Virus record (IMG/VR): IMGVR_UViG_3300013094_000041
Length of the DNA: 64,000 nucleotides
Direction: 5' to 3' (one strand)
Source of the DNA: an uncultured virus (IMG/VR IMGVR_UViG_3300013094_000041)
Lineage: Duplodnaviria; Heunggongvirae; Uroviricota; Caudoviricetes
Part shown: one piece after another, positions 26,269 to 36,290 of the stretch
How positions within the stretch are numbered: the first letter of the stretch is position 1
Layout: each line of letters begins with the position of its first letter
Notes under the pieces: model-generated
The model's database searches: none
The model's input: the letters and a program-made list of their open reading frames with translations, nothing else
Told to the model about the DNA's origin: nothing
Program-made: the position numbers and the translations under genes

Positions 26269-26694
26269 ATGCCTAATCAGTTTGCATCTGGTAAGTATGC
26301 AATTGCCGAATGCGATAGATGCGCTCAAAGGTTCATGCTTAAGGATTTGCGGACGCAGACAGTAAAAACAAAGCCGTATAAGGTTAAGGTTTGCCATGAG
26401 TGTTGGGATCCAGATCACCCTCAGTTACAATTAGGGATGTATCCGGTAAATGATCCACAAGCAGTTCGGGAGCCGCGACCTGATGTTAGTTATTGGGCTT
26501 CTGGTGCAAATGGATTACAGATTAACCTTACTGGAGTTGGACCACAAGGTTTAGGAAACCCAGATATGGGTAGTAGGATATTCCAATGGAACTGGAACCC
26601 TGTAGGGGGTTCTAGAGGTTTTGACAACCCTTTAACGCCCGATGACTTGAAAGGTTACGGGCAAATTGGTACAGTAACGGTAAGCATAACTTAA
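26269..26694 (+). CDS. conserved neck-module protein with two CxxC pairs
   Basis: CDRC...CHECWDPDHPQL...DPQAVREPRPD. Confidence 0.6.
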   Translation: MPNQFASGKYAIAECDRCAQRFMLKDLRTQTVKTKPYKVKVCHECWDPDHPQLQLGMYPVNDPQAVREPRPDVSYWASGANGLQINLTGVGPQGLGNPDMGSRIFQWNWNPVGGSRGFDNPLTPDDLKGYGQIGTVTVSIT

Positions 26695-26704
26695 GGAGTT
26701 TATT

Positions 26705-26902
26705 ATGGGATTTAAAAGCGCAGCAGATGGTGTCACCAAGTCAGGTAAAACCAAAGGCACAAATTTAGGCGATTCAGGTCCAGATGTTGGAATTGAAAGA
26801 GGTCCAAAAAAAGGTTCACAGAAATTGGGTAACTCCATGAAGTCTGTTGGACGTAACTTGGCTCGCGCTATGTTACAAAAATCTTCAGGAAGAGGTCGTT
26901 AA
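26705..26902 (+). CDS. small basic protein
   Basis: ADGVTKSGKTKG and MKSVGRNLARA, with an AAGGAG RBS. Confidence 0.6.
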   Translation: MGFKSAADGVTKSGKTKGTNLGDSGPDVGIERGPKKGSQKLGNSMKSVGRNLARAMLQKSSGRGR

Positions 26903-26904
26903 TC

Positions 26905-27183
26905 ATGGCTACTGCAAAAAACGTTAAGCCAATTTCAGGTGGATCATATCCGCTTGGACATGCTAAAAACAACAAAGATGCTGCTGCTTATGATAAGCGC
27001 GGAACAAGCGCTGCGGATGGCGAAGCTGCTGTAGTATTAAAAAGCAAACCTATTGATGCATTAAACCCGTCTATTGGCACTTTGTTTAAAGAGCAAAAAG
27101 GCGAAAACAAGAATGGTTCTTGGGAATTCCGTGGCGCTGGTGCTGCAACCAAAGGACGTAAATCTTACGGACCCTTAGCTTAA
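26905..27183 (+). CDS. small basic protein (RGAGAATKG motif)
   Basis: C-terminal RGAGAATKG...GPLA. Confidence 0.6.
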   Translation: MATAKNVKPISGGSYPLGHAKNNKDAAAYDKRGTSAADGEAAVVLKSKPIDALNPSIGTLFKEQKGENKNGSWEFRGAGAATKGRKSYGPLA

Positions 27184-27878
27184 TGGATTACAACACTCTT
27201 TTTGCTCAAATACAGACGTACACGGAAAACATATTTCCGGATACGTACTTAGCTAATGGAAGTACGGTCTCTTATACAGATCAAATAAATACTTTCATTC
27301 AGCAAGCGGAAGAGCGCATCTATAATACGGTGCAGATTCCTTCTTTGCGTAAAAACGTTACTGGTACATGTACATCGAGCAATCAGTATCTGGCTTGCCC
27401 TAACGACTACTTATCTACCTACTCTTTGGCGGTTATTGACCCAACTACGGGTGAATATGAATACTTGCTTAATAAAGATGTTAACTACATTCGTCAGGCG
27501 TATCCAAGCCCAAACGCTACTGGTAAGCCAAGATACTATGCTTTGTTTGGGTCTCGTTTAAATGATCCTAACAACCTTACTTTCATTCTGGGACCAACCC
27601 CTGATTATAGTTACTCGGCGGAGCTGCACTACTTCTATTACCCTGAGTCCATCGTTACTGCCGGCACCTCATGGCTTGGTGATAATTATTCACCAGCATT
27701 GTTATATGGATCCCTTGTAGAGGCATACGCCGTCTACATGAAGGGTGAGCCAGATATGGTTAACATCTACCTTAAACGATATGAAGAAGCGCTCCAACAA
27801 CTTAACAGACTTGGAACTGGCCTTGAGCGTGGTGATAGCTATCGTGATGGTCAAGCTAAAATTAAGGTAAATCCATAA
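27183..27878 (+). CDS. tail adaptor/tubular-like structural protein
   Basis: FIQQAEERI, GKPRYYA, LGPTPD and LLYGSLVEAY. Confidence 0.65.
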   Translation: MDYNTLFAQIQTYTENIFPDTYLANGSTVSYTDQINTFIQQAEERIYNTVQIPSLRKNVTGTCTSSNQYLACPNDYLSTYSLAVIDPTTGEYEYLLNKDVNYIRQAYPSPNATGKPRYYALFGSRLNDPNNLTFILGPTPDYSYSAELHYFYYPESIVTAGTSWLGDNYSPALLYGSLVEAYAVYMKGEPDMVNIYLKRYEEALQQLNRLGTGLERGDSYRDGQAKIKVNP

Positions 27879-28636
27879 TGCAAGGGATTGTTTACCTAGC
27901 AACCAATAAAGCCAATGGTAAGCAGTACGTTGGTTTAACAAAACGGTCTTTAGATGCTCGTTGGCGTCAGCACGTTAATGTAGCTAATCAAGGTGCAAAG
28001 ACATATTTCCATCGTGCAATTGTTAAACACGGTGTAGCTGGGTTTGATGTTCAGCCTATGGTTTCGGCGTTGTCACTAGACTATCTAGCCGACTTAGAGC
28101 GTTTAATGATTTCTGAGATAAAGCCAGAATACAACCAAACCAATGGCGGTGAAGTTACTTTTGGTAGAAAATACAATGACGCTACTAAAGAACAAATTAG
28201 GCTAAAAAATACAGGCAAAAAACGTAGCCCAGAAGTTTGTAAAAAGTTGTCTGACATGGTTAAACAACGCTATATTGACCGCCCAGAACTAAAAGAAGCC
28301 GCAACAAAACAAATACTTGCGGCTCGTTCTAGCGTTGATGAAGAAAAGCGCAAAAAAGCCGCAGCAGAAGCAGCTAAAAACCAGCCTTGGACAGCGGAAT
28401 CAAGAGCTAAATTAAGCGCATCTTGCATGGGTCGAAGGTATAATAGCGAAATTATTGAAAAGATTGCGTCAAAAAACCGCAAAATTGTTCAATGTTCAGA
28501 TGGTAGAATTTTTTCGTGTAGAGCAGAAGCGGCTAAAGAAACAGGTATTAGCAAAGAGTCTATATGGAGAGTATGTAACGGTAAGTACCCGTCCGTTAAA
28601 GGGTTAACATTTAATTATTTAGGAGTGCATCCATGA
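27878..28636 (+). mobile_element. free-standing GIY-YIG homing endonuclease with NUMOD-type DNA-binding repeats
   Basis: GIVY..TN..NGKQYVG.T...RWRQH, PEYN and a C-terminal F.CRAEAAK.TG HTH. Confidence 0.85.
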
Positions 28637-29064
28637 TAACTCAGGGCATGTGTGATTCGTTTAAAGTCCAGATTCTTTCTGGTCAGCAAAATTTAGTTTC
28701 AGGCGCAAGCACTGTTTACAAGCTCGCTTTGTACACCAGCGCAGCAACATTAAGCAACGCAACTACAGCGTACACAACCGTGAACGAAGTATCTAGTTCT
28801 GGTTCTAACTACACTGCTGGTGGTAATACACTAACAGTTAGCACAAGCCCAACTTCTACTGGTAACGTAGCGTTCTTATCGTTTGCTAATAGCTCTTGGA
28901 CTAATGCGAATATTACCGCTAACGGTGCGTTGATTTACAACTCCACTGCAAATACGGCTGTTGCTGTGTTAGCTTTTGGTGCTGATAAAACTGCTACTAA
29001 CGGGACCTTCAGTGTGATCTTTCCAACTAGCGATGCTTCAAACGCTATTATCCGTATCGCCTAG
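28633..29064 (+). CDS. virion structural protein
   Basis: MCDSFK...KLALYTS...YTAGGNTL...NAIIRIA. Confidence 0.7.
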   Translation: MITQGMCDSFKVQILSGQQNLVSGASTVYKLALYTSAATLSNATTAYTTVNEVSSSGSNYTAGGNTLTVSTSPTSTGNVAFLSFANSSWTNANITANGALIYNSTANTAVAVLAFGADKTATNGTFSVIFPTSDASNAIIRIA

Positions 29065-29066
29065 AC

Positions 29067-29645
29067 ATGTTTTTGGAGGCAACACATTTTGCTAGTTACA
29101 CAGCGGATGTTGTGGGTGTTGTCGCAACTAAGATTTGTGGTAAGTGCAAAGAAGAAAAAGCAGTATCTTTGTTTTCTTTAAGTAAGTGCAATAAAAGTGG
29201 TTTTAATTTTTATTGTAAAAGTTGTGACAGCACCATTGGCAAAGAAAGAACACTTAAAGAGACTTTAAGGGATAAAGTAATTCCATTTGCTAAAGAATGC
29301 CCTACATGTAAAACAACAAAGACTTCTACTGAATTTAATAAATGTGTATCTAGAAAAGATGGGCTAGACATTAGGTGCAAATCTTGCGCAAGCCAATCAA
29401 GCAAAATACAGCACTACAAAAAACATTATGGTTTTACTACAGAGCAAGCAAAGCTGCATTTACAAAATCAGTATGGCAATTGCAAAATTTGTAGCAAAGA
29501 AACAAAGTTATATGTTGACCATAATCATGCAACTGGAAAAGTTCGTGATTTAATATGTAATAACTGCAATACAGTAATCGGACATGCAAAAGAAAGTATT
29601 GATGTGCTAGAAAAAACAATTAAGTACCTTAAGGAGCATTCATAA
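29067..29645 (+). mobile_element. free-standing endonuclease VII-family (His-Me) homing endonuclease
   Basis: Two KxCxxC...CKSC zinc-finger repeats and CKIC...VDHNHATGKVRDLICNNCN. Confidence 0.82.
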
Positions 29646-30637
29646 TGGCCTTAGTGCTTTACGATAGAGTCAAGGAAACGTCAAATACTGCAGGTACAGG
29701 TACTATAGTATTGGCGGGCGCTGTTACTGGATATCAGTCATTTGCTGTGGTGGGCAATGGGAATACCACATACTATACAATAGCCGATCAGCAAGGATCC
29801 AATTATGAGGTTGGAATCGGCACGTATTATTCTGGCAACGTTTCGCTTGCTCGTACAACTATTCTTGCCTCATCAAATGCAAATGCTGCAGTATCTTTTG
29901 GGTCTAATACTAAAGATGTATTTATTACTTACCCAGCAGAAAAGTCTGTAAATAAAGATGCTACAGGTAACGTAACAGTAAGCCAGTTTATAACCGCAAA
30001 TAATTTTGTAGGCGCTGCAAACATTGCTGCAAACGTTGCTTATGGTGCTTTTTCTCTTGGCGCTCTTAGTTATTCAGATACTGGCATTTTTGCTTCTTAC
30101 GCAAATACAGCTAATACATATGTACAAATTATTGCTCAGAATTTAAGCAATGGAACTAATGCTTCTGTTGACTTTGTAGTAACAAACGATACTGGCACAG
30201 CATATGCAGACTTTGGTATTACTTCTAGTAAATATACTGGATCTGGCGCACTTTCAGCAGCCAACGTAGCTTATATTTATTCTGGCGCTGCTGATCTTGT
30301 TGTTGGTACAGCAACCGCTAACTCAATTCACTTTGTTGTTAACAACTCTGCGGTTGATGCGTTTACTATTAATGCAAGCGGAGCTTTGGCAGCCAATGCT
30401 TCTTATGGTACTGCTGGGCAGGTATTAACATCACAAGGCAATGCCGCTGCTCCTACATGGTCTAGCTCATCTGGTTTAGCATCTGCGGGCAACAGCTCTA
30501 TCGGTATTTTTAATACAAACATTACCGCAAACGCTACAATTTCTGCTGGCACAAACGGTTTATCTGTAGGTCCAGTTAATACGGCTAACGGTGTCGTTGT
30601 TACTATTGGCGCTAACGCTACTTGGGTGACATTATGA
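29645..30637 (+). CDS. tail fibre/spike protein
   Basis: MALVLYDRVKET N-terminus and the GTAGQVLTSQG..AAPTW fibre motif. Confidence 0.7.
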   Translation: MALVLYDRVKETSNTAGTGTIVLAGAVTGYQSFAVVGNGNTTYYTIADQQGSNYEVGIGTYYSGNVSLARTTILASSNANAAVSFGSNTKDVFITYPAEKSVNKDATGNVTVSQFITANNFVGAANIAANVAYGAFSLGALSYSDTGIFASYANTANTYVQIIAQNLSNGTNASVDFVVTNDTGTAYADFGITSSKYTGSGALSAANVAYIYSGAADLVVGTATANSIHFVVNNSAVDAFTINASGALAANASYGTAGQVLTSQGNAAAPTWSSSSGLASAGNSSIGIFNTNITANATISAGTNGLSVGPVNTANGVVVTIGANATWVTL

Positions 30638-31725
30638 GTACTATATCAGCAGGTAATACAACTACCACAACCCTTACGCAGACTGGTGACTTAACTGGTA
30701 ACTTAGTGTTTGCTACTGGCGGTGCGAATACAACTGCGTTAACCATAGACAATACACAAAAAGCTACATTTGCTGGCGGTGTAAGTATGCCAGGCTCTTT
30801 TGCGTTTAAAAACCGCCTAATCAACGGAGCAATGCAAATCGCACAAAGAGCTACATCTGCTACTGTTACCGCTGGCACTGGAGTACCTACAGCCACAACT
30901 GGGTATCCTTGTGTTGATCGTTGGTTTGTTTACTCAACTGGCGCAAATATTACTGCAGCCCAAGTCGCTGGCTCTGGAAATAATAAAAACAATTTACAAA
31001 TTACTGGCGCTGCTTCTGTTACTGCAGTCGGTGTAGGTCAGCGTATTGAGCAATTAAACAGCTACGATTTGGCTGGTCAGACTTGTACGTTGTCGGTAAA
31101 TATGTCAAACAGCCTTTTAACGACTGTGACTTGGACTGCATCATACGCAACAACAGCAGATACGTTTGGGACAATTGGCACACCAACTAAGACCCAGATT
31201 GCTACAGGTACATTTACTGTTAGCTCTACATTAACCAATTACAGCACTCAAATTAGCATTCCAGCGGCAGCCACAACAGGCATTGAAATTCTGTTTACTG
31301 TTGGCGCTCAAACATCTGGTACATGGGTTATTGGCAACGTTCAATTAGAAGCTGGTACTGTAGCTACAAATTTTGATTATCGACCTTATGGTGTTGATTA
31401 TGGTTTATGCCAAAGGTATTACTGGAAGACTACACCATCAACATATAACGCTTTTGGCTCTGGGGCTGTTACTGGATCAACACAAGCTACAGTGTTCATA
31501 CCTTATCCAGTTCAAATGAGGGCGGCTCCTACATTTGCCATTATTGGAACTATTTACATTTATAGCAGCTCAAACCAAACCCCAAGTGGAATTGCTGCCT
31601 CTTATGCTGGCCTTCAATCTGCACGGGTTGACTTTACAATATCTGGTGTAACAACTGGATATGGAGTTGTAGCGTTTACTGAAACAACAAATGGTGCATT
31701 TTCAGCATCAGCAGAAATAGCTTAA
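30634..31725 (+). CDS. tail fibre protein with a carbohydrate-binding-like domain
   Basis: FKNRLINGAMQIAQR...DRW...VQLEAG..AT.F..R......CQRYY. Confidence 0.72.
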   Translation: MSTISAGNTTTTTLTQTGDLTGNLVFATGGANTTALTIDNTQKATFAGGVSMPGSFAFKNRLINGAMQIAQRATSATVTAGTGVPTATTGYPCVDRWFVYSTGANITAAQVAGSGNNKNNLQITGAASVTAVGVGQRIEQLNSYDLAGQTCTLSVNMSNSLLTTVTWTASYATTADTFGTIGTPTKTQIATGTFTVSSTLTNYSTQISIPAAATTGIEILFTVGAQTSGTWVIGNVQLEAGTVATNFDYRPYGVDYGLCQRYYWKTTPSTYNAFGSGAVTGSTQATVFIPYPVQMRAAPTFAIIGTIYIYSSSNQTPSGIAASYAGLQSARVDFTISGVTTGYGVVAFTETTNGAFSASAEIA

Positions 31726-31739
31726 TTTAAGGAGTAAAT

Positions 31740-32093
31740 ATGGGACATTTTGCAAAAGTAGTAGACGGCAAGGTAGTGCAAGTTATCGTAGCCGAAAAAG
31801 AGTTTTTTGATACATTCGTGGATACAAGTCCTGGTACTTGGCTACAGACTTCATACAATACAAAAGCTAATCAGCATCCAGAAGGCCGCCCATTGCGTGG
31901 TAACTATGCTGGTATTGGTTATACATACGACCATACTAACGATGTGTTTTATGCACCACAACCATTTCCAAGCTGGGTATTGAATGAATCTACATGGACT
32001 TGGGATGCACCAACACCTATGCCACAAGATGGCAAACCATATCGCTGGGACGAAGCAACAACCTCTTGGGTTGAAATTGTAATTCCAGTTTAA
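31740..32093 (+). CDS. tail-fibre-associated (assembly-like) protein
   Basis: MGHFAKV...QTSYN...RGNYAGIGYTYD...PQPFPSW...WDE...SW. Confidence 0.65.
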   Translation: MGHFAKVVDGKVVQVIVAEKEFFDTFVDTSPGTWLQTSYNTKANQHPEGRPLRGNYAGIGYTYDHTNDVFYAPQPFPSWVLNESTWTWDAPTPMPQDGKPYRWDEATTSWVEIVIPV

Positions 32094-32103
32094 GGAGCTG
32101 TAA

Positions 32104-33066
32104 ATGCCTGTAATTATTGGTGGAACATCGGGTGTAACCCCAGCACAATGGACTACTGGCGGTAGACCTGGATCTCCTACTGTCGGTCAGCAAGGATGGA
32201 ATACAACTCTTTCTCAGTACGAAATTTGGAATGGAGTTTCATGGTTTGCTCCAGCCGGAGTTACTTACACTATTAATTATTTACTAGTTGCTGGTGGCGG
32301 TGGTGGCGGTTATGGAGGTGGTGGATCAGGGGCTGGTGGCGGTGGCGGCGGTCTTACAACCGGTTCTTCTGCATCAGTATCTACTGGTTACTCATACACC
32401 ATTACAGTTGGTTCTGGTGGAGCTGGTGGTACTGGAACAAGCGCTCCTGGTACCAATGGTGGAAATTCATCAATCAGTGGATTTACTGCGGCTATTGGCG
32501 GTGGTGGAGGCGGCTATGGCGGTGGAACTGCTGGTAGTGGTGCTTCAGGTGGTTCAGGTGGCGGTGCTGGTGGCGGTTCATCAGTAGGTAGTGCTGGTTC
32601 AGGAACTTCAGGCCAAGGAAATAATGGTGGTGCTGCTTATGGCACAAGTAGTCCTTATGTTGGAGGTGGCGGTGGCGGTGCTGGTGCTGCTGGACAACAA
32701 GGTCAAAGCGGAAATGCGGGTAACGGTGGCAATGGAACTGCTAATTCCCTTTCTGGTGCTTCAGTAACTTATGCTGGAGGTGGCGGCGCTGCATCAAGAA
32801 CCGATGTTGCGGTAACTGCTGGTATTGGTGGTACAGGTGGCGGTGCAAACTCATCTCCAACAGCTGGTGGTGCTGCTGGTAATGGCGGAACAAACCTTGG
32901 AGGTGGCGGTGGTGGCGCAAACGGAAACACAACTGGCGGTGCTGGTGGGTCAGGAATTGTCATTATTAGCTATGCTGGAACACAAAAAGGAACTGGCGGA
33001 ACTGTTACTTCCGTTGGTGGCAACACTATCCACACGTTTACATCAAGCGGCACCTATACAGCGTAA
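32104..33066 (+). CDS. glycine-rich tail fibre protein
   Basis: YLLVAGGGGGG...GGSGIVIISY...HTFTSSGT domain. Confidence 0.75.
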   Translation: MPVIIGGTSGVTPAQWTTGGRPGSPTVGQQGWNTTLSQYEIWNGVSWFAPAGVTYTINYLLVAGGGGGGYGGGGSGAGGGGGGLTTGSSASVSTGYSYTITVGSGGAGGTGTSAPGTNGGNSSISGFTAAIGGGGGGYGGGTAGSGASGGSGGGAGGGSSVGSAGSGTSGQGNNGGAAYGTSSPYVGGGGGGAGAAGQQGQSGNAGNGGNGTANSLSGASVTYAGGGGAASRTDVAVTAGIGGTGGGANSSPTAGGAAGNGGTNLGGGGGGANGNTTGGAGGSGIVIISYAGTQKGTGGTVTSVGGNTIHTFTSSGTYTA

Positions 33067-33069
33067 TGT

Positions 33070-34152
33070 ATGCCAAGCACCATAAATGTCATTCCAGACC
33101 CAATATCAGGACAGCTTCGTAAAAAAGGAGCTGCTGATGCTAATCTTACGATTCAAACAAACAGCATTAACGCAGTAGTAATAGACAACGCCCAGAACGC
33201 AAACTTCGTTTCTACTGGCGCAACAACAATTCCTCGTGGTACAACGGCACAAAGACCTGCAAGCCCAATAAATGGGATGATTAGATATAACACTAGCTAT
33301 AGTTTACTTGAAGGATATATTAATGGCGCTTGGACTGCTGTTACTGGGGCTTACACATATACTGCTACTTATCTAGCTACTGGCGGTGGCGGTGGTGGCG
33401 GAACAAGTCGAGGTGGTGGCGGTGGCGGTGGTGGTGTTTTATCAAATACAGCCACATTAACTATTGGAACTGTTTACACAATTACTGTAGGTGCTGGCGG
33501 AAATTATGGATCTAGCTATGCTGTTCCATCAACCAATGGTGGAAATTCATCCATTGCAAATTCTGGTGTAATAGTTAACGCATTGGGTGGTGGTGCTGGT
33601 GCAAACGATGGTGGAACTGCTGGTAACGGTGGTTCAGGTGGCGGAGGCGGAACTGCTGGTACAGGTACTTCTGGTCAAGGATATAACGGTGGTAGTGGTA
33701 CAGGGTCTGCTTCTGCGTACGCTGCTGGTGGCGGAGGCGGTGCTGGGTCTGCTGGATCTAGTTTTTCTGGTCAAACTGCTGGTAATGGAGGAAATGGATT
33801 TACTTCTACCATTACTGGATCTTCCATAAATTATGGCGGTGGAGGTGGGGGTGGGTGCAATGGATCAGGAACTGCTGGCTCAGGCGGAACAGGTGGTGGT
33901 GGAGCTGGTTCTGCAGTACTAAATACTGGAAACGGAACCTCTGGAACTGTAAATTACGGGGGTGGCGGTGGTGGAGGCTCAAACTGGTCTGGATCTGCTG
34001 GATTTGGTGGCTCAGGTGGATCTGGAATTGTGATTCTTTCTATACCTACATCTAGCTTTTCAAACACCTATACTGGATCAAATACTGTAGTGACAACCAG
34101 CGGCTCTAATAAGATAATTACATTTAACGCATCTGGGACATACACAGCATGA
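33070..34152 (+). CDS. glycine-rich tail fibre protein
   Basis: GTTAQRP..NGMIRYN module plus a Gly-rich domain. Confidence 0.75.
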   Translation: MPSTINVIPDPISGQLRKKGAADANLTIQTNSINAVVIDNAQNANFVSTGATTIPRGTTAQRPASPINGMIRYNTSYSLLEGYINGAWTAVTGAYTYTATYLATGGGGGGGTSRGGGGGGGGVLSNTATLTIGTVYTITVGAGGNYGSSYAVPSTNGGNSSIANSGVIVNALGGGAGANDGGTAGNGGSGGGGGTAGTGTSGQGYNGGSGTGSASAYAAGGGGGAGSAGSSFSGQTAGNGGNGFTSTITGSSINYGGGGGGGCNGSGTAGSGGTGGGGAGSAVLNTGNGTSGTVNYGGGGGGGSNWSGSAGFGGSGGSGIVILSIPTSSFSNTYTGSNTVVTTSGSNKIITFNASGTYTA

Positions 34153-35183
34153 CAACAATCATAAACGCCAACTCAACGGGCTTAGTTGAAACAGTAGATA
34201 CTTCTGGGATATTAGAATTTCAGACAGCTAATACTACTGCCGTAATTATCGGTACAGACCAAAACGCTAACTTTGCATCTACTGGCGCAATTACACTTCC
34301 TGTAGGAACAACAGCACAACGCCCTACTGGTGTTAATGGAATGATGCGGTACAACAGTACTTTTAATACACCAGAAGCGTATTTGGCTGGAAATTGGACG
34401 GCTTTTGGAGGAAACTATTCTTACTCTGCTTCTTATTTATTGGTAGCGGGTGGTGGTGGAGGTGGTGGTGGATATGAAGGCGCTGGAGGTGGAGCTGGTG
34501 GGTTACTTGCAAATACCACTACGCTAGTTGTTGGAACAACATACTCTTTTACTGTCGGTGGCGGCGGCGCTCAAGGTGGGGGTAGTGGTTCTAATTCCAC
34601 GGCTTTTAGCTTAACCGCTATCGGTGGTGGTTATGGAGCTGCCGAAAGCTCCCCTTCAAACCCAGGAGCAGGTGGTTCAGGAGGAGGTGCCTGTTGGGGT
34701 GGCGGGGCAACTACTGGCGGTGCTGGAACTAGCGGTCAGGGCTATAAAGGCGGTGATGTTGCTGGTATTACTGGAGCTGGCGGCGGCGGTGCAGGGCAGG
34801 TAGGGTTTAATGGCGGCGGTGCTGGTGGTAATGGCGTTACATCAACAATCACTGGGTCTGCTATTTATTACGCTGGCGGTGGTGGGGGCTCTGTTAGAAG
34901 CGGAAGCGGGGGCAACGGTGGTTTAGGCGGAGGCGGTAATGCTGCGCAAGGCGGTGCAACTGCTGGAACTGCTGGAACTGCTTACTTAGGTGGTGGCGGT
35001 GGTGGTGGGCAGGGGAATGGTGGAACTGGTGGTGTTGGTGGAGCTGGCGGTTCTGGGGTGGTTATTATTTCTATTCCAACATCTCTGTTTTCTAATTCGT
35101 ACACAGGCTCAAATGTTGTTGTAACAACATCTGGTTCAAATACGGTTGTTAAATTCTCTGCTTCTGGTACTTACACAGCCTAA
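34149..35183 (+). CDS. glycine-rich tail fibre protein
   Basis: Paralogue of the preceding gene (QNANF.STGA...GTTAQRP). Confidence 0.75.
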   Translation: MTTIINANSTGLVETVDTSGILEFQTANTTAVIIGTDQNANFASTGAITLPVGTTAQRPTGVNGMMRYNSTFNTPEAYLAGNWTAFGGNYSYSASYLLVAGGGGGGGGYEGAGGGAGGLLANTTTLVVGTTYSFTVGGGGAQGGGSGSNSTAFSLTAIGGGYGAAESSPSNPGAGGSGGGACWGGGATTGGAGTSGQGYKGGDVAGITGAGGGGAGQVGFNGGGAGGNGVTSTITGSAIYYAGGGGGSVRSGSGGNGGLGGGGNAAQGGATAGTAGTAYLGGGGGGGQGNGGTGGVGGAGGSGVVIISIPTSLFSNSYTGSNVVVTTSGSNTVVKFSASGTYTA

Positions 35184-35185
35184 TT

Positions 35186-36289
35186 ATGTTCTTTGGATTC
35201 GGACCATTCGCTTCTACACCGTTTGCTGATGCAGGCGGAGTTTCGTCTACCGATGTTCAAGTATCAGTTACTGGCGTACAGGCGGTTGGTTATTTAGGCA
35301 CCGCATCCGTAACAGGCGCAGCTAATGCCGTTGTTACAGGCGTTGTTGGGATTGGTCAAACAGGTACTGCTACTGTAGCTGCTAGTGCAAATGTTTCTGT
35401 TACTGGAGTTCAGGCAGTAGGTCAGATTGGTACAGTTTTAGCAACTGCTGGCACTAACGTATATCTAACAGGCGTACAAGCCGTAGGCTATCTTGGAACA
35501 GCAAGCGTCACAGGCACAGCCAATATATCTGTAACAGGTACTCAAGCAATAGGTTATGTAGGTACTGTTTCTACAGCCGCTGGTGTAGGTGTACTGGTTA
35601 CTGGAGTTCAGGCTATTGGGTATTTGGGTACATCCTCCGTAACAGGCACTGCTAACGTTTCTGTAACAGGCGTTCAAGGCATTGGTCAGACAGGTACTGT
35701 AACGGTAGCTGCTGGTGCTTTTGTTCCTGTAACAGGCGTTCAAGCGGTAGGTAAAGTTGGAACTGCAACGGTAGCGGCTAATGCAAATGTCAGCGTAACA
35801 GGAGTTGTTGGTGTAACCCAACTTGGAACCGCATCTGTAACTGCAGGTGCTAATGTAACCACAACAGGCGTACAAGGTGTTGGTAAGGTTGGCACAGTAT
35901 CAGTAGCTGCCAATGCAAACGTATACCTTACAGGCGTTCAAGGCAACACGCAATTAGGCACTGCTTCTGTAACTGGAACTGCTAACGTATCCGTAACAGG
36001 AGTTCAAGCCCCAGTACAACTGGGTACTGTATTTATCCAATTAAGTCAAAATGTAAGAGTTACTGGTGTTCAAGCCGTAGGCTATGTAGGTACTGCAAAT
36101 GTTAAAGCTGATGCAACAATCTACTTAACAGGAGTGCAAGCAAGGGGTATAATCGGACAAGTATTAGTCTGGGGTCAAATACCAGACAATTCTAGCCCTA
36201 ACTGGACAAGTCTTGATGATTCTGGTGGATCTGGCTGGAACCAAATTAACGATAACATAACCCCAAATTGGGATTTAATAGCGGCCTAA
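35186..36289 (+). CDS. virion protein with 22-aa tandem repeats
   Basis: 13 full and 1 partial units with consensus VTGVQAVGYLGTASVTGTANVS. Confidence 0.75.
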   Translation: MFFGFGPFASTPFADAGGVSSTDVQVSVTGVQAVGYLGTASVTGAANAVVTGVVGIGQTGTATVAASANVSVTGVQAVGQIGTVLATAGTNVYLTGVQAVGYLGTASVTGTANISVTGTQAIGYVGTVSTAAGVGVLVTGVQAIGYLGTSSVTGTANVSVTGVQGIGQTGTVTVAAGAFVPVTGVQAVGKVGTATVAANANVSVTGVVGVTQLGTASVTAGANVTTTGVQGVGKVGTVSVAANANVYLTGVQGNTQLGTASVTGTANVSVTGVQAPVQLGTVFIQLSQNVRVTGVQAVGYVGTANVKADATIYLTGVQARGIIGQVLVWGQIPDNSSPNWTSLDDSGGSGWNQINDNITPNWDLIAA

Positions 36290-36290
36290 T

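Noticed and set aside
27878..29645. group I introns housing the endonucleases
   Set aside because: Flanking genes are intact, and the endonuclease ORFs abut them with no room for intron core structure.
35260..36170. CRISPR array
   Set aside because: The 66-bp period is in-frame protein repetition with synonymous divergence, not identical repeats with unique spacers.
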